DNA of 64,000 bases from the NCBI RefSeq assembly GCF_009914755.1, contig NC_060941.1. The stretch is one strand, 5' to 3'. Positions 20,671 through 42,548 of this stretch are shown piece by piece (within the stretch, counting starts at the first letter, position 1; each line of letters begins with the position of its first letter). Origin of the DNA: the human T2T-CHM13v2.0 reference genome, Homo sapiens. Under the pieces are notes generated by a model that was given only the letters and a program-made list of their open reading frames with translations, had not been told where the DNA came from and made no database searches. A program made the translations under genes and the position numbers.

Positions 20671-20819
20671 TGTGAGTGTGGCGAGTGACATGAAGCCGAT
20701 TAGGTTATTCCATACTTTATCGATGTCCTTCAGCAACTGCTGGAGTTTCTCACTGCACACTGCAGTGGCTTTTATCCCCAGCTCCACACGCTTGGTTACC
20801 CTGTACACTTCAACAACAC
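20671..20819 (-). CDS. SYNRG: SYNRG exon, 149 nt (VVEVYRVTKR...MSLATLT)
   Basis: ORF 20659..20967; tcag|GTGTTG acceptor, ACA|gtaagc donor. Confidence 0.96.
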
Positions 20820-20989
20820 CTGACGGGATGAGAGAGCAGAGAGAGAGTGTTGGCAGTGGAGACACAGAGGACCCAGACAGGGGAGCATTATTGCTTGCTG
20901 ATATCTGTGAGAAACAATGGGTGTATCTGGACAGAGGTGTACTTACTATTCTTTGGGACCAATCCACTTCTCAATGCTGCTGTATAGCT

Positions 20990-21230
20990 TACTGGTAAGA
21001 GCATAGAAGCTGCACTGCTTGGGTTCAAACCCCAGCTATGCCTCTTACTGGCTACATGACCTTAGGCAAGTCACATAATCTCTCTGTACCTCAGTTTCCT
21101 CATCTGTGAAGTTGGGATGGTAACAGTAGCTCCTCCAAGGATGGTTGAGAGGATTAAATAGGGTAATATGGTAAAAGGCTTACAACAGTGCTTGGAGAAT
21201 GGCAGGCACTATGCAAGTTATTAGCTTTTG
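20990..21230 (+). mobile_element. MIR
   Basis: gggttcaaacccc...cctcagtttcctcatctgtgaa...gaggattaaat core. Confidence 0.8.
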
Positions 21231-21879
21231 TTTTTTGGGAGGTTTATTTATGAGTCCATCTGTTTGAATCTGGGAAATCCCAATAAACTAGCTGAAAATG
21301 GGGATAGTAAAAATTTAAAAGAATCTAAATGTTAATAGCATCACAAAGTAATGAAGAAACATCTCACCCCTCTGAATCTGAAGGTCTTACAAACACTTTG
21401 ACTTCACTTATCTTTAAACACATAACAGGATGCAGAACAGTTCTTTTCCTATGGTCTCTAAATTGTGGTTGAACTCTTGAAGCAAGGATGAGAGGTGCTA
21501 AGTACCTCCACATTCTAAGGACAGCCACCAGACACATCCCTAACCCCTGCAATGTAACAGTCACCAAAGACATGACCCCGATCTCTCTAAGTGAACACTG
21601 GAGGAATTCCAGGGGATCTTCAGAGCGGGGCCTCAGCAGCCCTGTGTCAGCACTACGGCTTTTCTTCTTCCTTTCCCAAGAGAGGGGCAGAAATTACTGC
21701 CCACCCTAAGCCAAGTGAGGGGGCTTCTAAGAGAATCTTCCATAGATACAAGGATACTAGGAGAAAAGACAGGTGCCCCATTTCCTGGTGGACATCTGCT
21801 TATGCAGAACTGTGCCTGTTTGAGCAGGAAAAGAAGACCCCAAGTGAGGTGGCAGGAGTAAGGCAGAGACTACATCCCT

Positions 21880-22570
<691 letters not shown>

Positions 22571-23015
22571 GGAACACCGAAGTGGACAGAGACTACACTT
22601 TCCCGTTGGACTGACACATCAAATTGCTGCAGATGGCCAGGAGGTTAAGGACTCTGTGGTGTCATTAAGCGGTCGAGAGAAAGAATATAGAGTATGGTAA
22701 GGAATTGATGGGAGACAAGATGATTTTACTTTAGTGCATCGGTAGTTCAGATTCTTTGATAAACCAGTAACACAGATATAATTTTACATTTTTGCTATTA
22801 CGTATATAACAAGGATGAGGAAACTTAGCCATAGAGACTTTTTAATTAAGTCCAATAGTTTACTGCCTGTAGCTTGAGTGTCTTACCCACAAATACAGAT
22901 GCTTCTTACTGAAGTCATATGTAACTTGAGAGATCTAGCTTAAAATAATTAAAGGGAAAACTGAAAATAATGCAAAGGGCCATCATTTTCAATAGTAAAA
23001 TATGAAAGAACATAC

Positions 23016-23112
23016 CTAATAAATATTCCATGCCTTGAGCTGACTGAATTACTTCTGTGCAAACAGAACTACTACTGATTCCATTTAAGGTATCATTTGC
23101 CTTCTTAATGAC
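23016..23112 (-). CDS. SYNRG: SYNRG exon, 97 nt (VIKKANDTLNG...GMEYLLG)
   Basis: Hand translation; gtag|GTCATT acceptor, TAG|gtatgt donor. Confidence 0.95.
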
Positions 23113-23883
23113 CTACAAGAAATGAAATCACATCACCTTACATAACTGAGAAAAGTCATTGCAAATCAATTTACTATTAGTAGAAAACCCAACCGAAAAG
23201 CCAGGAGGTGTCAAAAAATCTCATTTTATCCTTGAAGAAACAATCCTCCATTTCTCTGGAAGAGAAAATATGTTTTTTTCCTTTTGTTTTGTTTTGCTTT
23301 GTTTTGAGACGGAGTCTCGCTCTGTAGCACAGGTTGGAGTGCAGTGGCAAGATCTCGGCTCACTGAACCCCTGACTCCCGGGTTCAAGTGATTCTCCTGC
23401 CTCAGTTTCCTGAGTAGCTGAGATTACAGGCACGTGCCACCACGCCTGGCTAATTTTTGCATTTTTAGTAGAGACAGGGTTTCACCATGTTGGTCAGGCT
23501 GGTCTCAAACTCCTGACCTCGTGATCCGCCCGCCTTGGCCTCCCAAAGTGCTGGGATTATAGGTGTTGAGCCACCGCACCCAGCCAAGACAGGTTCTTTA
23601 GCTTAAATATTATTTTGATTTAGTCAGAGTTAATGAAATCACTTTGTTATTTCTTAAACACAATGACAGATGAGGGGATGACTGACACATGAGCCGGTCT
23701 GCTATTGTAAGTGTGAAAGAAGCCTCACCTAAGATGCATGACTTCCACAGAGTTACTCTTTGCCCAGGGACATCCAAGTAAGGCTCTCCTGAAGTTTGCC
23801 TCTGTCAATTCAAATGAACCAAGAAGGCAAAAAGGCACAAAAGAGCACTCACATATGTGTGAACGCGTAAGTGACATACTCAC

Positions 23884-23937
23884 ATTCAGGGCACTCCCCA
23901 GGCATCTCTGCCATTCATATGCATATCTCTCATTTTC
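23884..23937 (-). CDS. SYNRG: SYNRG exon, 54 nt (ENERYAYEWQRCLGSALN)
   Basis: acag|GAAAAT acceptor, AAT|gtgagt donor. Confidence 0.95.
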
Positions 23938-25071
23938 CTGTGAATTTGTTAAAAAGAACTGGGTTAAACACACAAACCTGGAATCTTCTATTGATGACTC
24001 TGTCAATTCAAAGTGCTTGGAGGACTTTCCTTTTTATTACGATCACTCTAGTTCAAGCAGTTTATGTTTTTTTTGTTTTTGTTTTTGTTTTGAGATAGGG
24101 TCTTGCTCTGTTGCCCAGGCTGAAGTGCAGTGGCATGATTTCTGCTCACTGCACTGGACGCAAGCAATCCTCCCACCTCAGCCTCCAGAGCAGCTGGGAC
24201 TACAGGCACGCACCACCACATGAGGCTAATTTTTGTATTTTTGGTAGAGGTGGGGTTTCACCATGTTGCTCAGGCTGGTCTTGAACTCCTGAGCTCGAGT
24301 GATCTGCCCGACTTGGCCTTCCAAAGTGCTGAGATTACAGGCATGAGCCACCATGCCCAGCCGCAGTTTATCTTTTTGAACTCACTAATAACTATGTTAA
24401 ATTACTAATAAATGTAACTTCTGAGCACAGGACCTGTGAGTCTAAGGGACATGCTTTCCAGCAGCTTCCCCCTGTGAGTGTTGCCTCATTTGTTCCATCA
24501 GTAACAGTGTAAGCCTTTCTTCGAAGGCACTCAGCATGTAGCTATCTGGTACAGAAACTGCTATTAAGCCACTGGCTTTCCACGCCCCAGTTATAACGCT
24601 GTGTGGCTGTGTGTGAGGACGTGGCCCATGTGCACATGTAACAAGGAGTAGGGAAAGGTGGGAAATTAAGTGTGTTGACCATAGGAGGAACATAGCGTGG
24701 CACTAAGATGCAGCAGACAGAAATAAAAAATTCAGAATATTTTCCCTGTCTCCTCTATTTTGAGGTTTCATGAAGACAATAAAGTCTAAGTGCTCAAGAA
24801 GAATTATACAAACACTGCCATCCTTGTGAAGTCCCATGAATAGTTTTGGTTTTAGGGTCACTGATTAGTTTCAGTGGGTGCCACACCTGGGAAATGTTTT
24901 CACCCAGGGCTAATGTTACCCTTGCCTCACTTTAATTACATAGTTTATGTCTGGTGCTTTGTGTCTTTCTGCCCCTCATTTTCCCCATGTGAAAGCTGAC
25001 AGCATTCTTTCTTGGGGCCCTGTGTGCTTGCTGGTCTGTTACCCACCCCTTGTAGAAAGCTCTCCTCTCAC

Positions 25072-25235
25072 CTCCACCTCTCCCGTCAGGTCTTTGTACT
25101 TGTCTCGGATGACGGGCAGGGCGGGCTTCTCATTCAGAGTATTGGAACGGTCTCTGAAAGGCTGCTCCAAAGCTGGAGAAGGAGAAGAACGGCTTATTTC
25201 TTTATCACCAAGGCTCAAACTCCTCTTGTGTGATC
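25072..25235 (-). CDS. SYNRG: SYNRG exon, 164 nt ([12 protein letters not shown]...[11 protein letters not shown])
   Basis: Hand translation; cccag|GATCAC acceptor, GAG|gtgaga donor. Confidence 0.95.
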
Positions 25236-26663
25236 CTGGGAGAAGGGGATAATACAGTCAAAGGTTTTGGCTACTCACCTTAGTTCAGGCAGAGGCTCTT
25301 CCTCGCTACCACAACCCTCTTCTTTTTTTTTTTTTTTTTTTTTTGAGACAGATTCTTGCTCTGTCGCTCAGACTGGAGTACGGTGGTGTGATCTCGGCTC
25401 AGTGCAACCTCCGCCTCCTGGGTTCAAGCAATTCTCCTGCCTCAGCCTCCTGAGTAGCTGGGACTACGGGTGCACACCATCATGCCTGGCTAATTTTTGT
25501 ATTTTTAGTAGATACACGGTTTCATTGTGTTGGCCAGGCTGGTCTCGAACTCCTGATCTCAAGTTATCTGCCTGCCTCCCCTCCCAAAGCGTTGAGATTA
25601 CAGGTGTGAGCCACCGCGCCCAGCCCACGACCCTCTTCTTCAGATGCTTATGTCATGAGGCATTCACAAACACATTCCTCATTCATTCTTTCTGGGAAGC
25701 TACATGTTAAATCTTTTCTACTGTTCTCTCTTGCACGGTTTCCCTGCGTTTCGTTTTCAACATGACTCTTCTCTGATCTATCACAAGTCTTCCATAATGC
25801 CCAGTGCAGAATCACTGGAGTCTGGAGAACAAAAGCACCTTTCTAAATATCAGTATGTAAGAGTTGTGTGGCTTTTCCAGTCATTTGTTATGGATTTGTA
25901 ACCGAGTTCCTTCACAGTCTCTCAATCCAGTTGAAATCAACGACCCCTCCTGTCAGGATGAGATTAAAGCAGAAGAGGCAAACTCAAATGCCTTCAGAGA
26001 CCAGGCAAGTAAAGTGAACAACTTAAGTAGGTCCGCTGAGACAGGAAGCGGTGGGGATTATGGTAGGAGAGAGAGAATGACCCACCTACAGGGAGTGGTG
26101 CTCTTCGGCTCCAGCTGCCAACATATGGGACTGTAGACCTACTAGTGCCAGATATTATGACTTCTCAAGAAAAGTTGGAAATCCAGATTGGGAAATCTCA
26201 TGTCTTTTAAATACTGGCAATTACTTCGTACTTAAAAATCTTTTGTGTGGGTCAATGTGATATGCAGGCTAGATGCAGATCCCCGGCCCCCACTTTGCAA
26301 CCTTTGGATTAAAAGACATTATCTGTGCTCAGGGAACATGAGCGGAGCTAATGTGCCTACAAGTGGCTCGAATCCATTTATCTGGCTCTTTTAACACAGC
26401 ACACCTCTAACCAAACGAGCTAATGAGCAATACCTGCATGCTGTGCTTGTTTTTAGCCCATAAAGCAGTTATCTGAGGGATGCTGATTTTGACTCCCGTC
26501 TCAGGGAAATCTTTATTATAGCTATCTGTAATTGACCCTGATTTCAAAGATTAGAACAATCTATTTCCTGCGAAACCAGAGAGCAACATTTTATTCTTAA
26601 GAACATCTAACATCTCAGTGGAAAAAAACCACAATAGTAAAATCTACCTTGGAAGCTACTCAC

Positions 26664-27257
26664 CTTGAACAGAAAGGTCAAAGGTTGCCAGCTCACTTTT
26701 GATCATTTCTTCACTGGATTTCATTTTGCTTTGTGAAGTGGCTACTAAGAAGTCAAATTTGCTGATTTTGGGCTTTTCACTTTGAAACTCTCCAAAGTCA
26801 TCCGAACATTCGTTGGGGGTTTCTTGAGAGGCACCACTGGACGCTGGGCTGGGACACGTGGCCTCCTGGCTCCGTTCAGCCGTAGGCAGGTCCTGTTTTG
26901 TGAAATCTTTATAGTCTCTGTTTTCATATTCCTTTTGCTCACTGGTCTGAGGAATCGTGTCTTTAAAACTGGCAAGAGCTGGGAAGGTGGTCTCTGGAAG
27001 AGCATCTTCACTTACAAAGGTCGTTACTTTGGAGAGAGATGTCATGGTGATGTTTTCAGAACTGCCAAATGAAGTCTCTTTCTTTTGAAGAATTGAGGTG
27101 GCTGAGGGGGATCCACTTCCTGCTGAGAGGACAAATGGAGAGAGTTTTCTGCCCTGAGTTGCATCATCCCTGTCTGACCAGTCATAGCTTGTAAGTGTGC
27201 TCACTGCAAAATTGCTACTGTAGCTTCCAAAAGCAGCATATTTTAAGTCCTCTATAT
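26664..27257 (-). CDS. SYNRG: SYNRG exon, 594 nt (DIEDLKY...DDFGEF...FDLSVQG), with an internal in-frame alternative acceptor
   Basis: ORF 26656..27282; ttcag|ATATAG acceptor, AAG|gtgagt donor. Confidence 0.97.
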
Positions 27258-28992
27258 CTGAAAGGGAAATAAGACCCCACAATTAGAGGCAAGCAATTTA
27301 GGCAAAATGCCCTAAACTCTGTAGAAGCAAAATGCCTAGCATATTTGATTAGTTTTATACTATGTTGAAATTAGCTAAATTTAGAGTTTGTACTAAAATT
27401 AAGAGTTGGGCTGTAAAATCTGATCTTAAAAAAACCCACATTAGCCTTGAGTTGGCATTTACATTTAGTTACCAAGAACCATTTTCTTTGGCTATAAAAA
27501 TTACTAAAAAAAGATAGGAGGTTCATCTACCAAAGTATACACTGTTTGATATAAGATTAGGGTCATTTAATAAATTGTTCCCTTATCAACTTAAAAATGT
27601 ACTGATATTCCTTGCCTAAAACATGTCTCCCTTCATCTTGACTTTGTTGGAAAATGTGCCTTTAAAACATGGTCATGTGAAATGCACATGGCAAAATAAT
27701 TAAAAGTTGACAGTTTCTCAAAACTAAAATGAAAATAATGTCATCTAACTTTTAATCAATTATTAGGGTTTCTGTCATAATATTATCAATTATTAGAATT
27801 TCTGTCTCAGGCAATGCCAAACATGAGATTTTAATCAAGCAATTACTTACCTAGTTGTTATTTTGGTCAAATTGGACGTCATATTGCTGTGATGAAGTAT
27901 GAGGAAAGAAAATCAATCTGATCTACTTTAGCCCTTAAAAAAATACAATAAAAAGATCTGGGTCCTGTTGGGCTCCACTTTTTCCTTCAACTATGTATCT
28001 ACTCCCCATTTTTTAAAAAAAAAGGAAAGAAGAAAAAGAAAGAACTGCTGGGGCAGACGACTGATTTTACAAAGCATTCTTAATATATAGTTAAGTAATT
28101 TAAGAGGTAGCATAAAACAGCATAAAGAATGTAGGTTTTTGATTTGGAAAGACCTGAGTTCAACCTTGCTACCTACTATTTGTATGACACTAGGCTAATG
28201 ATTGAACATTTCTGAACCTCAGTTTGCTTATCAGTAAAATGAGGAGAGGAGAAGACCATGTACTTGGAAGGACTGTGTTATGACCATCAACCATGATCAT
28301 GTGTGTAAAAGGCCAGGTTGGTGCCTGGTGAGCAATACATAATAGCTAGTGTCTGCTCAGCATAGGTGCCACCAGCCTCAACTTGACAGTTAATTGCTGC
28401 TTTAGGGCCTACAGTGGAATTTCAAAGCAAAAATGAAAAGTCAACTCAGCATTTTAGTGGTGTTACTAGGAGAAAATTTTCTTGCTCATTTTCAGAAAGC
28501 AAAACCAGCCGAGACTGAATTTGGCTGGTGTGGAGAAGTGGGTTGATATGCATTTCGTTTCATTGTAGTCACTGTACATGAGGCAAGAAGGCCAAATATG
28601 AGACTCTCCCTCTGACAACCACATATGTGATTTACAAGGAAAGTGCTCAAAAGTTTTATGACCTAGATTTTCAGAACTAAGTCAATAAGTGAACCAACTT
28701 GGAGTCATTCTTCTCTTTCATTCACAGCAATACTGCATAATTTATGAGGGGTAAGAAGCTCCTGACATTTCCATAGCTCTTCTAATGGTATAATCCAAAT
28801 CTCTCTTTCTTTGAGCTGTTAGGAAAGGGGTGCTAAGTGAATAATAAAAACAAAAAACACTAGTTGTACAAAAAACCAACCAGCAAAAAGCAAACAGCTT
28901 TCACAGAATGATGGCATATTTAAAAATTCTGTGGTGCAATGGTACCCTTCAAATGTGGTTTATAAAACAGAAGGAAAAAACGACTCAGGTGA

Positions 28993-34582
<5,590 letters not shown>

Positions 34583-37500
34583 ATGAGTACCCAATTTCAA
34601 ACTCAAATCAAATTCCATCCTCAAGACTTCCTGCTATTAATACAGAACACTTTCCATTATGCAGATTATCAATTTAAATACAGTTTACATTTACTGTGCT
34701 CAGAAGTCCATTTCAATATTATTTGATGATATATATCTAATAACTAGTTATTACATAACTAGATAGTTATAGTTAACTCTTTCCACAACACTCAACTCTT
34801 AGGTCTTTTTCCCCACCTTCCCCTTCTCTTCTCTTCAATGTAATGCCTAGTAGAGACAGATTCTCTACAATAAAATATGATCAGTTTCTTCAAGAGAAGA
34901 AACTGCAATAAATGTTCTTTCTCCCTATCATGTAAAGTAGTGTAAGGTTTATTCTTATTTAAGTTTAATTTTCTATTTCAATCCAATGCCATGTTAAAAA
35001 CTTACATTAATGGAATTATAAGAAACAAAGGCTAAAATGTACCAATACTTTCTCAGGAGACAAGTGTTTGACGAAACAAAACAAAAGGGGAAAACCCTCT
35101 AGTCTTAGGATACTATTGCTTTAAACTTGGTATCAGCCAGGTATTTCTTTGGTCTAACCCTGAAAAAGTACAAATTACACACATCCCCACACTTTCAAAA
35201 TATGCCAAAGAATTATTTATTAACACAAGACTTACAGATCACAAAAGAGAGTGATACAGAAGAGCTGGAAAAGAAGTCATCAGAATAAGCATGCAGATCA
35301 GTATTTGCAGAGGAATATACTAAAGCAAATTTGAAGGCACATTCACACAGAAAATGTCTAAATTGAAAAAAAGACATCAGAAAAGCAGCCAAAAAAAAAA
35401 AAGGTGCTAATTAAAATACAAAGATTTTCAATGTCAAAGAAGAGCTACTTTACAGATAGGTAGGTAGGTAGCTACAGAAGTCTTGCTAACCCTTTGAAAA
35501 TGTCACAGATGAGGGTCAGCTCTTGCTGCCAATAAAACCATATGATTTTAATGACTGCACGTCAAGATGCTTCAGTGCCGCAGATTAAATTTAGTCAGGG
35601 GGAAAAAACAGCCTAGTTGAAATTATATGCAGCAAGGCCTCAAAGGGTTAAATGTAATAATACGCAGAGAAATCAGGCAATGTTATCAGTATTATCTACC
35701 TTCCATACAAATGATTATAGCAAGAGTTAAAAGAGACAGTATCCCCTTCAGAGTTAAGTTAGGGCTTCTAAACAGGATTAAGGTCCGCAGATAGCAATCT
35801 ACCAGGTTTTATTCTCTCTTCATCAGCTCACTTCTTATTTCTCCAACAAGAAGTACCTTTAACCCTCAAACTAAGAGAGCAAGAGATACTGTGGTGAACA
35901 TGAGGATAAAATAAAACTACATTACTTTGAATAAGTCCTTGCCATTTACCCTCTACAATACATTGATGCAGCAATTTTGCACAACAGCAATATAGCGCAT
36001 TGGTCAGACATCAACCCCTTTTAACAACCGCTCTAAAGGGATACTGCTCCTTTCTGACAGGAGGTTTACAGATCAATGGGAGGAAACAATCTGCTTTTAA
36101 GAATATCCTCCAACTGAAGAGTTAGCTTGAACATTACAGGCTCCAAGCTGAGGATGTTCCAAACATACATAAAAGAACATGAGCACAGAAGATTATTTTA
36201 ACAGGTCAGTAAGAACAAGCTTGGTCAAAAAAACCAACCTCCAAATAAAATGGGGGAAAAAAAAAGACACCCCAAACCCGGATTAGCCTCATTTCATAAA
36301 GACATCTACCTTGGCACTGTGAAAGAATATAGATTCACTTTCAGAAAAATAGTTTCTAATTAATAACTTCAGAGTCCAAAAGGCTAGTATACATGTTATG
36401 AGATTTTTAAATAAAAATCCAATATTGTTCAGAAAACAGAGCACTTTGCAACCAACTGCTGTGGTTCAAGCAGCTCATAAAAAAAAAAAACCAACAAAAC
36501 AAAACCCACAATCACTCTATCAAACAAACAGCAGCAAAAAAATAAGAAAATTTCTGAGGAAAAGTACAAAAAAAAAAAAAAAGACAGAAAGTAGACAGTC
36601 AAGGGCACAGGAGCTCTTCAGACCGCCCACTGCATTTGAAAAATACCTTAGCAAGTAGCAACATGAAACATGCAATGTCTCTGCTAACTTGCTCCTGATT
36701 CAGCAGCCTGTTTAGCAATACCTACAACATTTCCATAACCAAAGGATGGATGCAATTTTGTTTTCCGACTTGCCAATTTGACATATGCAAAAGCTATAGG
36801 ACTTTACAATTTCTGCCTGAATCTGTAAACTTGGAAGTGTCTCACGTGTCCCCCCTAGTTAGACAAAACCAAATCCTTCATATGCATAATACATTTTCTA
36901 GAATAATACAGTGATACTGAGATATTTCTCATTATTAAAAGGCCACAAAATAGGTTTATCTTTCTATATACATATCAAAAAACAAAACAAAAGAAAAACC
37001 AGGACACTTGGGAATCTGGTTTTTATGACAGAAGTTGAACTAGAGAGTAAATTGCTACATGTAAATCTACACAGAATTTAAAGAGGGCTCCCTAATAAGA
37101 TGTTTTCAAACATTTTATCAGAAAGTTAGCAGTTACCCTATCCTAGCATCTACAGATTTGTTACAACTTAATATTTCCAGTAATAGAGTTAACACTGAAA
37201 ACAGCTCCTGGATTCCACTGACAACACACACCCTCCTCTTTGCCAGGCCCTGACATACAGAACATTCATATATAAACTCTTTCCCTCTTCTTCTCTTAAA
37301 AGGATGTGGCAAACTGCACTACAAGTGGTTAGAAATTTTTACTTTCTTGACCTAACAAGAGTTAATTTCTGTAAATCAAACAGAATACTATACTGGCAGT
37401 TGCTGTGTATACCCAAGAGAAGAAAAAAGGAGAGGGAAACACTGATTTTACTCACAGAAATGAAGGAACACTGCCGGCACTGCAAAGGTCTTTATCAAAT

Positions 37501-37806
37501 TTCTGGCAATGTGAGGTTCACTTAGCAGTGACTTTTTATGTGCCTCTAACACCAAGCTGGTGCTAGATTTCAAAAATAAAAATATCTTAGCTACCCAATC
37601 TAAGTTCCACAGTAGCCATAGTATCCATATCAAGTATCCATAGAATCAAATTTAACACTGCTTTAAGGAGACTGGCAATAAAGAGGTTGATTATTAGAGA
37701 TTCATAAAGCTAAAGGGCCAGAGCCTTACTCATGTAAATCAACACCCGCAGAATCATCTTTGAAATCTACAACACCATCACCAGAGCAATCTCACCAATT
37801 CCTCAC

Positions 37807-38751
37807 CTGCAGCAGGAGGATGCTGGCCACTAACTGTTGGTAAATCCAAAGAGCTATCAGACATGACATGCTTAAGATCTCCTCCCACATCAGCCAATTT
37901 CATGTCAAACTGAACAGAGAGTGCATCTTCAGAGTCCTCCTTGCCAACACTGCTGCCACCAATGGAAGGGAGATCTAAGGACTTCACTGATGCAGAGTCT
38001 TCTTTGGTGTGTCTGAAAGCCACTGCTTTCTCTCCCAGGGATTTGTCCGAGTTTATGGAAGAAAATTTACTGGAGTGGAAGTCAGCAAAATCATCATCAC
38101 TTTTTCCTGAAGGAGTGTTATCTTTCAGGTCTTCAACACCTAGTCCAGACCCTTCCAGAGAAAGTTGTCTGAAGACATCGTACTTGGTAGACGCAGCAGT
38201 CGAGTTTTGTCCACCCTTCACTGTGCTGCCCACGTTGCTGGTTAGAGGAACAGGACTGGCTTCCTCTTTAAGGGCATCATATTTGTCATCCGGCTTTTGC
38301 TCAGATGAAATAGAGCTATTACTGAAAGCCATAAAATCTGCAAAGTCATCCTGCTCCCCAACAGGTGCTAGACCAGAATATTCCCCAAAAAGGCTGAATT
38401 CTCCAAAATCATCAGCCAAACTAGAAGTTTTTGTTGCTGCCAATGCTGTCATAGTAGCAGCAGAACCTGTTGACTGTGGTGTAGAAACTGATTTTGATGT
38501 GCTAAACACAGCTGAAAAAGACAATGGTTTCTCGCTGCTGCAATTAACTGAGGAAAACATATCTAGGTCTGCTAAGTTCAGAGGGTTTTTCACTTGTGTT
38601 TGTTGTTTCTGTTGTATAGTTCCTGAGGGGAAGGATGGTGGAAAAGTTTTGTCTTTTGTTGGTGGCTCTAGTGGTGATACACTATCGGCTGTTTTAAAAT
38701 CGGTGAAACCATCATCAGTTCCTGCAGATCTGAATTCTGCAAAGCTTTCTC
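37807..38751 (-). CDS. SYNRG: SYNRG large exon, 945 nt; gamma-adaptin-ear-binding region with several DDFGEF/DDFADF motifs
   Basis: ORF 37778..38773; ttcag|GAGAAA acceptor, CAG|gtgagg donor. Confidence 0.98.
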
Positions 38752-39806
38752 CTGAAAGAAAAAATACCACCAAACAAATGGGAATGCTGAACTGAAAACC
38801 ATATAATACACAGTATATTAAACTGCAAGCATAATTTTACTGACTTTTCTCCACTGACTTGACATTACTTAATAATGTTTACATACTTTAAACCCTATCG
38901 AACTACACATTTATTTCCACACTGAAGTCTAGTGATACTGAAATAAATAGAAATCGAACTGAAAGTACCTGACGGTACCATTTTCATTTGCTCATGCTTT
39001 TAGTGTGGGATCTCTCTTAGCTCTAGATCCTACAACTGGCTAAAAGTACTCCTCTCAAGACTTTTTGTTCCCACAGCTAGCCAGCCAAGCAGACAATACA
39101 ATAAGAAATAGGGCTAGAGGTTCTTGAAGAGAGGCATATTAAAACAGTGGCCCTTTAAAGATAAACATGTTACCCATTAAAAAAATCAGAGGTACCAATA
39201 AAGTATTATGAAAAATCCTACATCTAATATTCAGGATGTACAACACTTGGTTTAGCCAGGCACTTTAAGAATAACATTAGATACTATGTGGTCTTGCTCA
39301 AGTAAATGAAGGCATTAATTTGAAGGGAACTTTGATGAAAATTTTTGAAAAGGTATCTATTTATTTGCAAAGCATTCTAGGTGGGGCACATTGTAAAGCA
39401 GCTCCTCCCTATAGTCTCTAATAAGCTGAATCTCACAGAAAAAAAGTCCTTGAGCACTTGAGCTTTTCTAGAAATCAGCTGTCTCACTGTATCAATGAGC
39501 ACTTATTTTTATTTATTAAAATTCAAAAGGATTTGAATAAATACCAACTCTATTATATAAAGTTTTAGAGGGTATGACTTAGACTTTAGTTTACATTATG
39601 CTACTCTGAGGATGGGGTAACTGACGGAATTGTTTATTTATTTATTTATTTTTTAAATAAAATTTCTTTTGCCCATGACACAGCTCTCAAGAGATCCTGA
39701 GAAACATGTGTCTCAGATTTGTTTATTTTTATATTCTGGTTAAATAGAGTGGGTACTTATGTACTTCTCATAAATAATTAAACAGACTCAGTTAAGACAT
39801 TGATAA

Positions 39807-42548
<2,742 letters not shown>

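Larger units (their letters stand above)
23285..25625 (-). mobile_element. Three reverse Alus (~23285-23586, ~24070-24362, ~25322-25625)
   Basis: Alu consensus. Confidence 0.88.

Noticed and set aside
23725-23883. Open frame continuing past exon 23884, with alternative donors at 23853 and 23729
   Set aside because: Both extensions frameshift; no further support visible
34738-34753. 16-bp palindrome taataactagttatta
   Set aside because: AT-rich and short; plausible by chance or local slippage
35950-35952. 3-nt microexon pattern tag|AGG|gtaaat
   Set aside because: No real pyrimidine tract; expected by chance
37941-38795. 284-aa plus-strand ORF
   Set aside because: Antisense shadow of the 945-nt SYNRG exon; non-ATG start and no independent support
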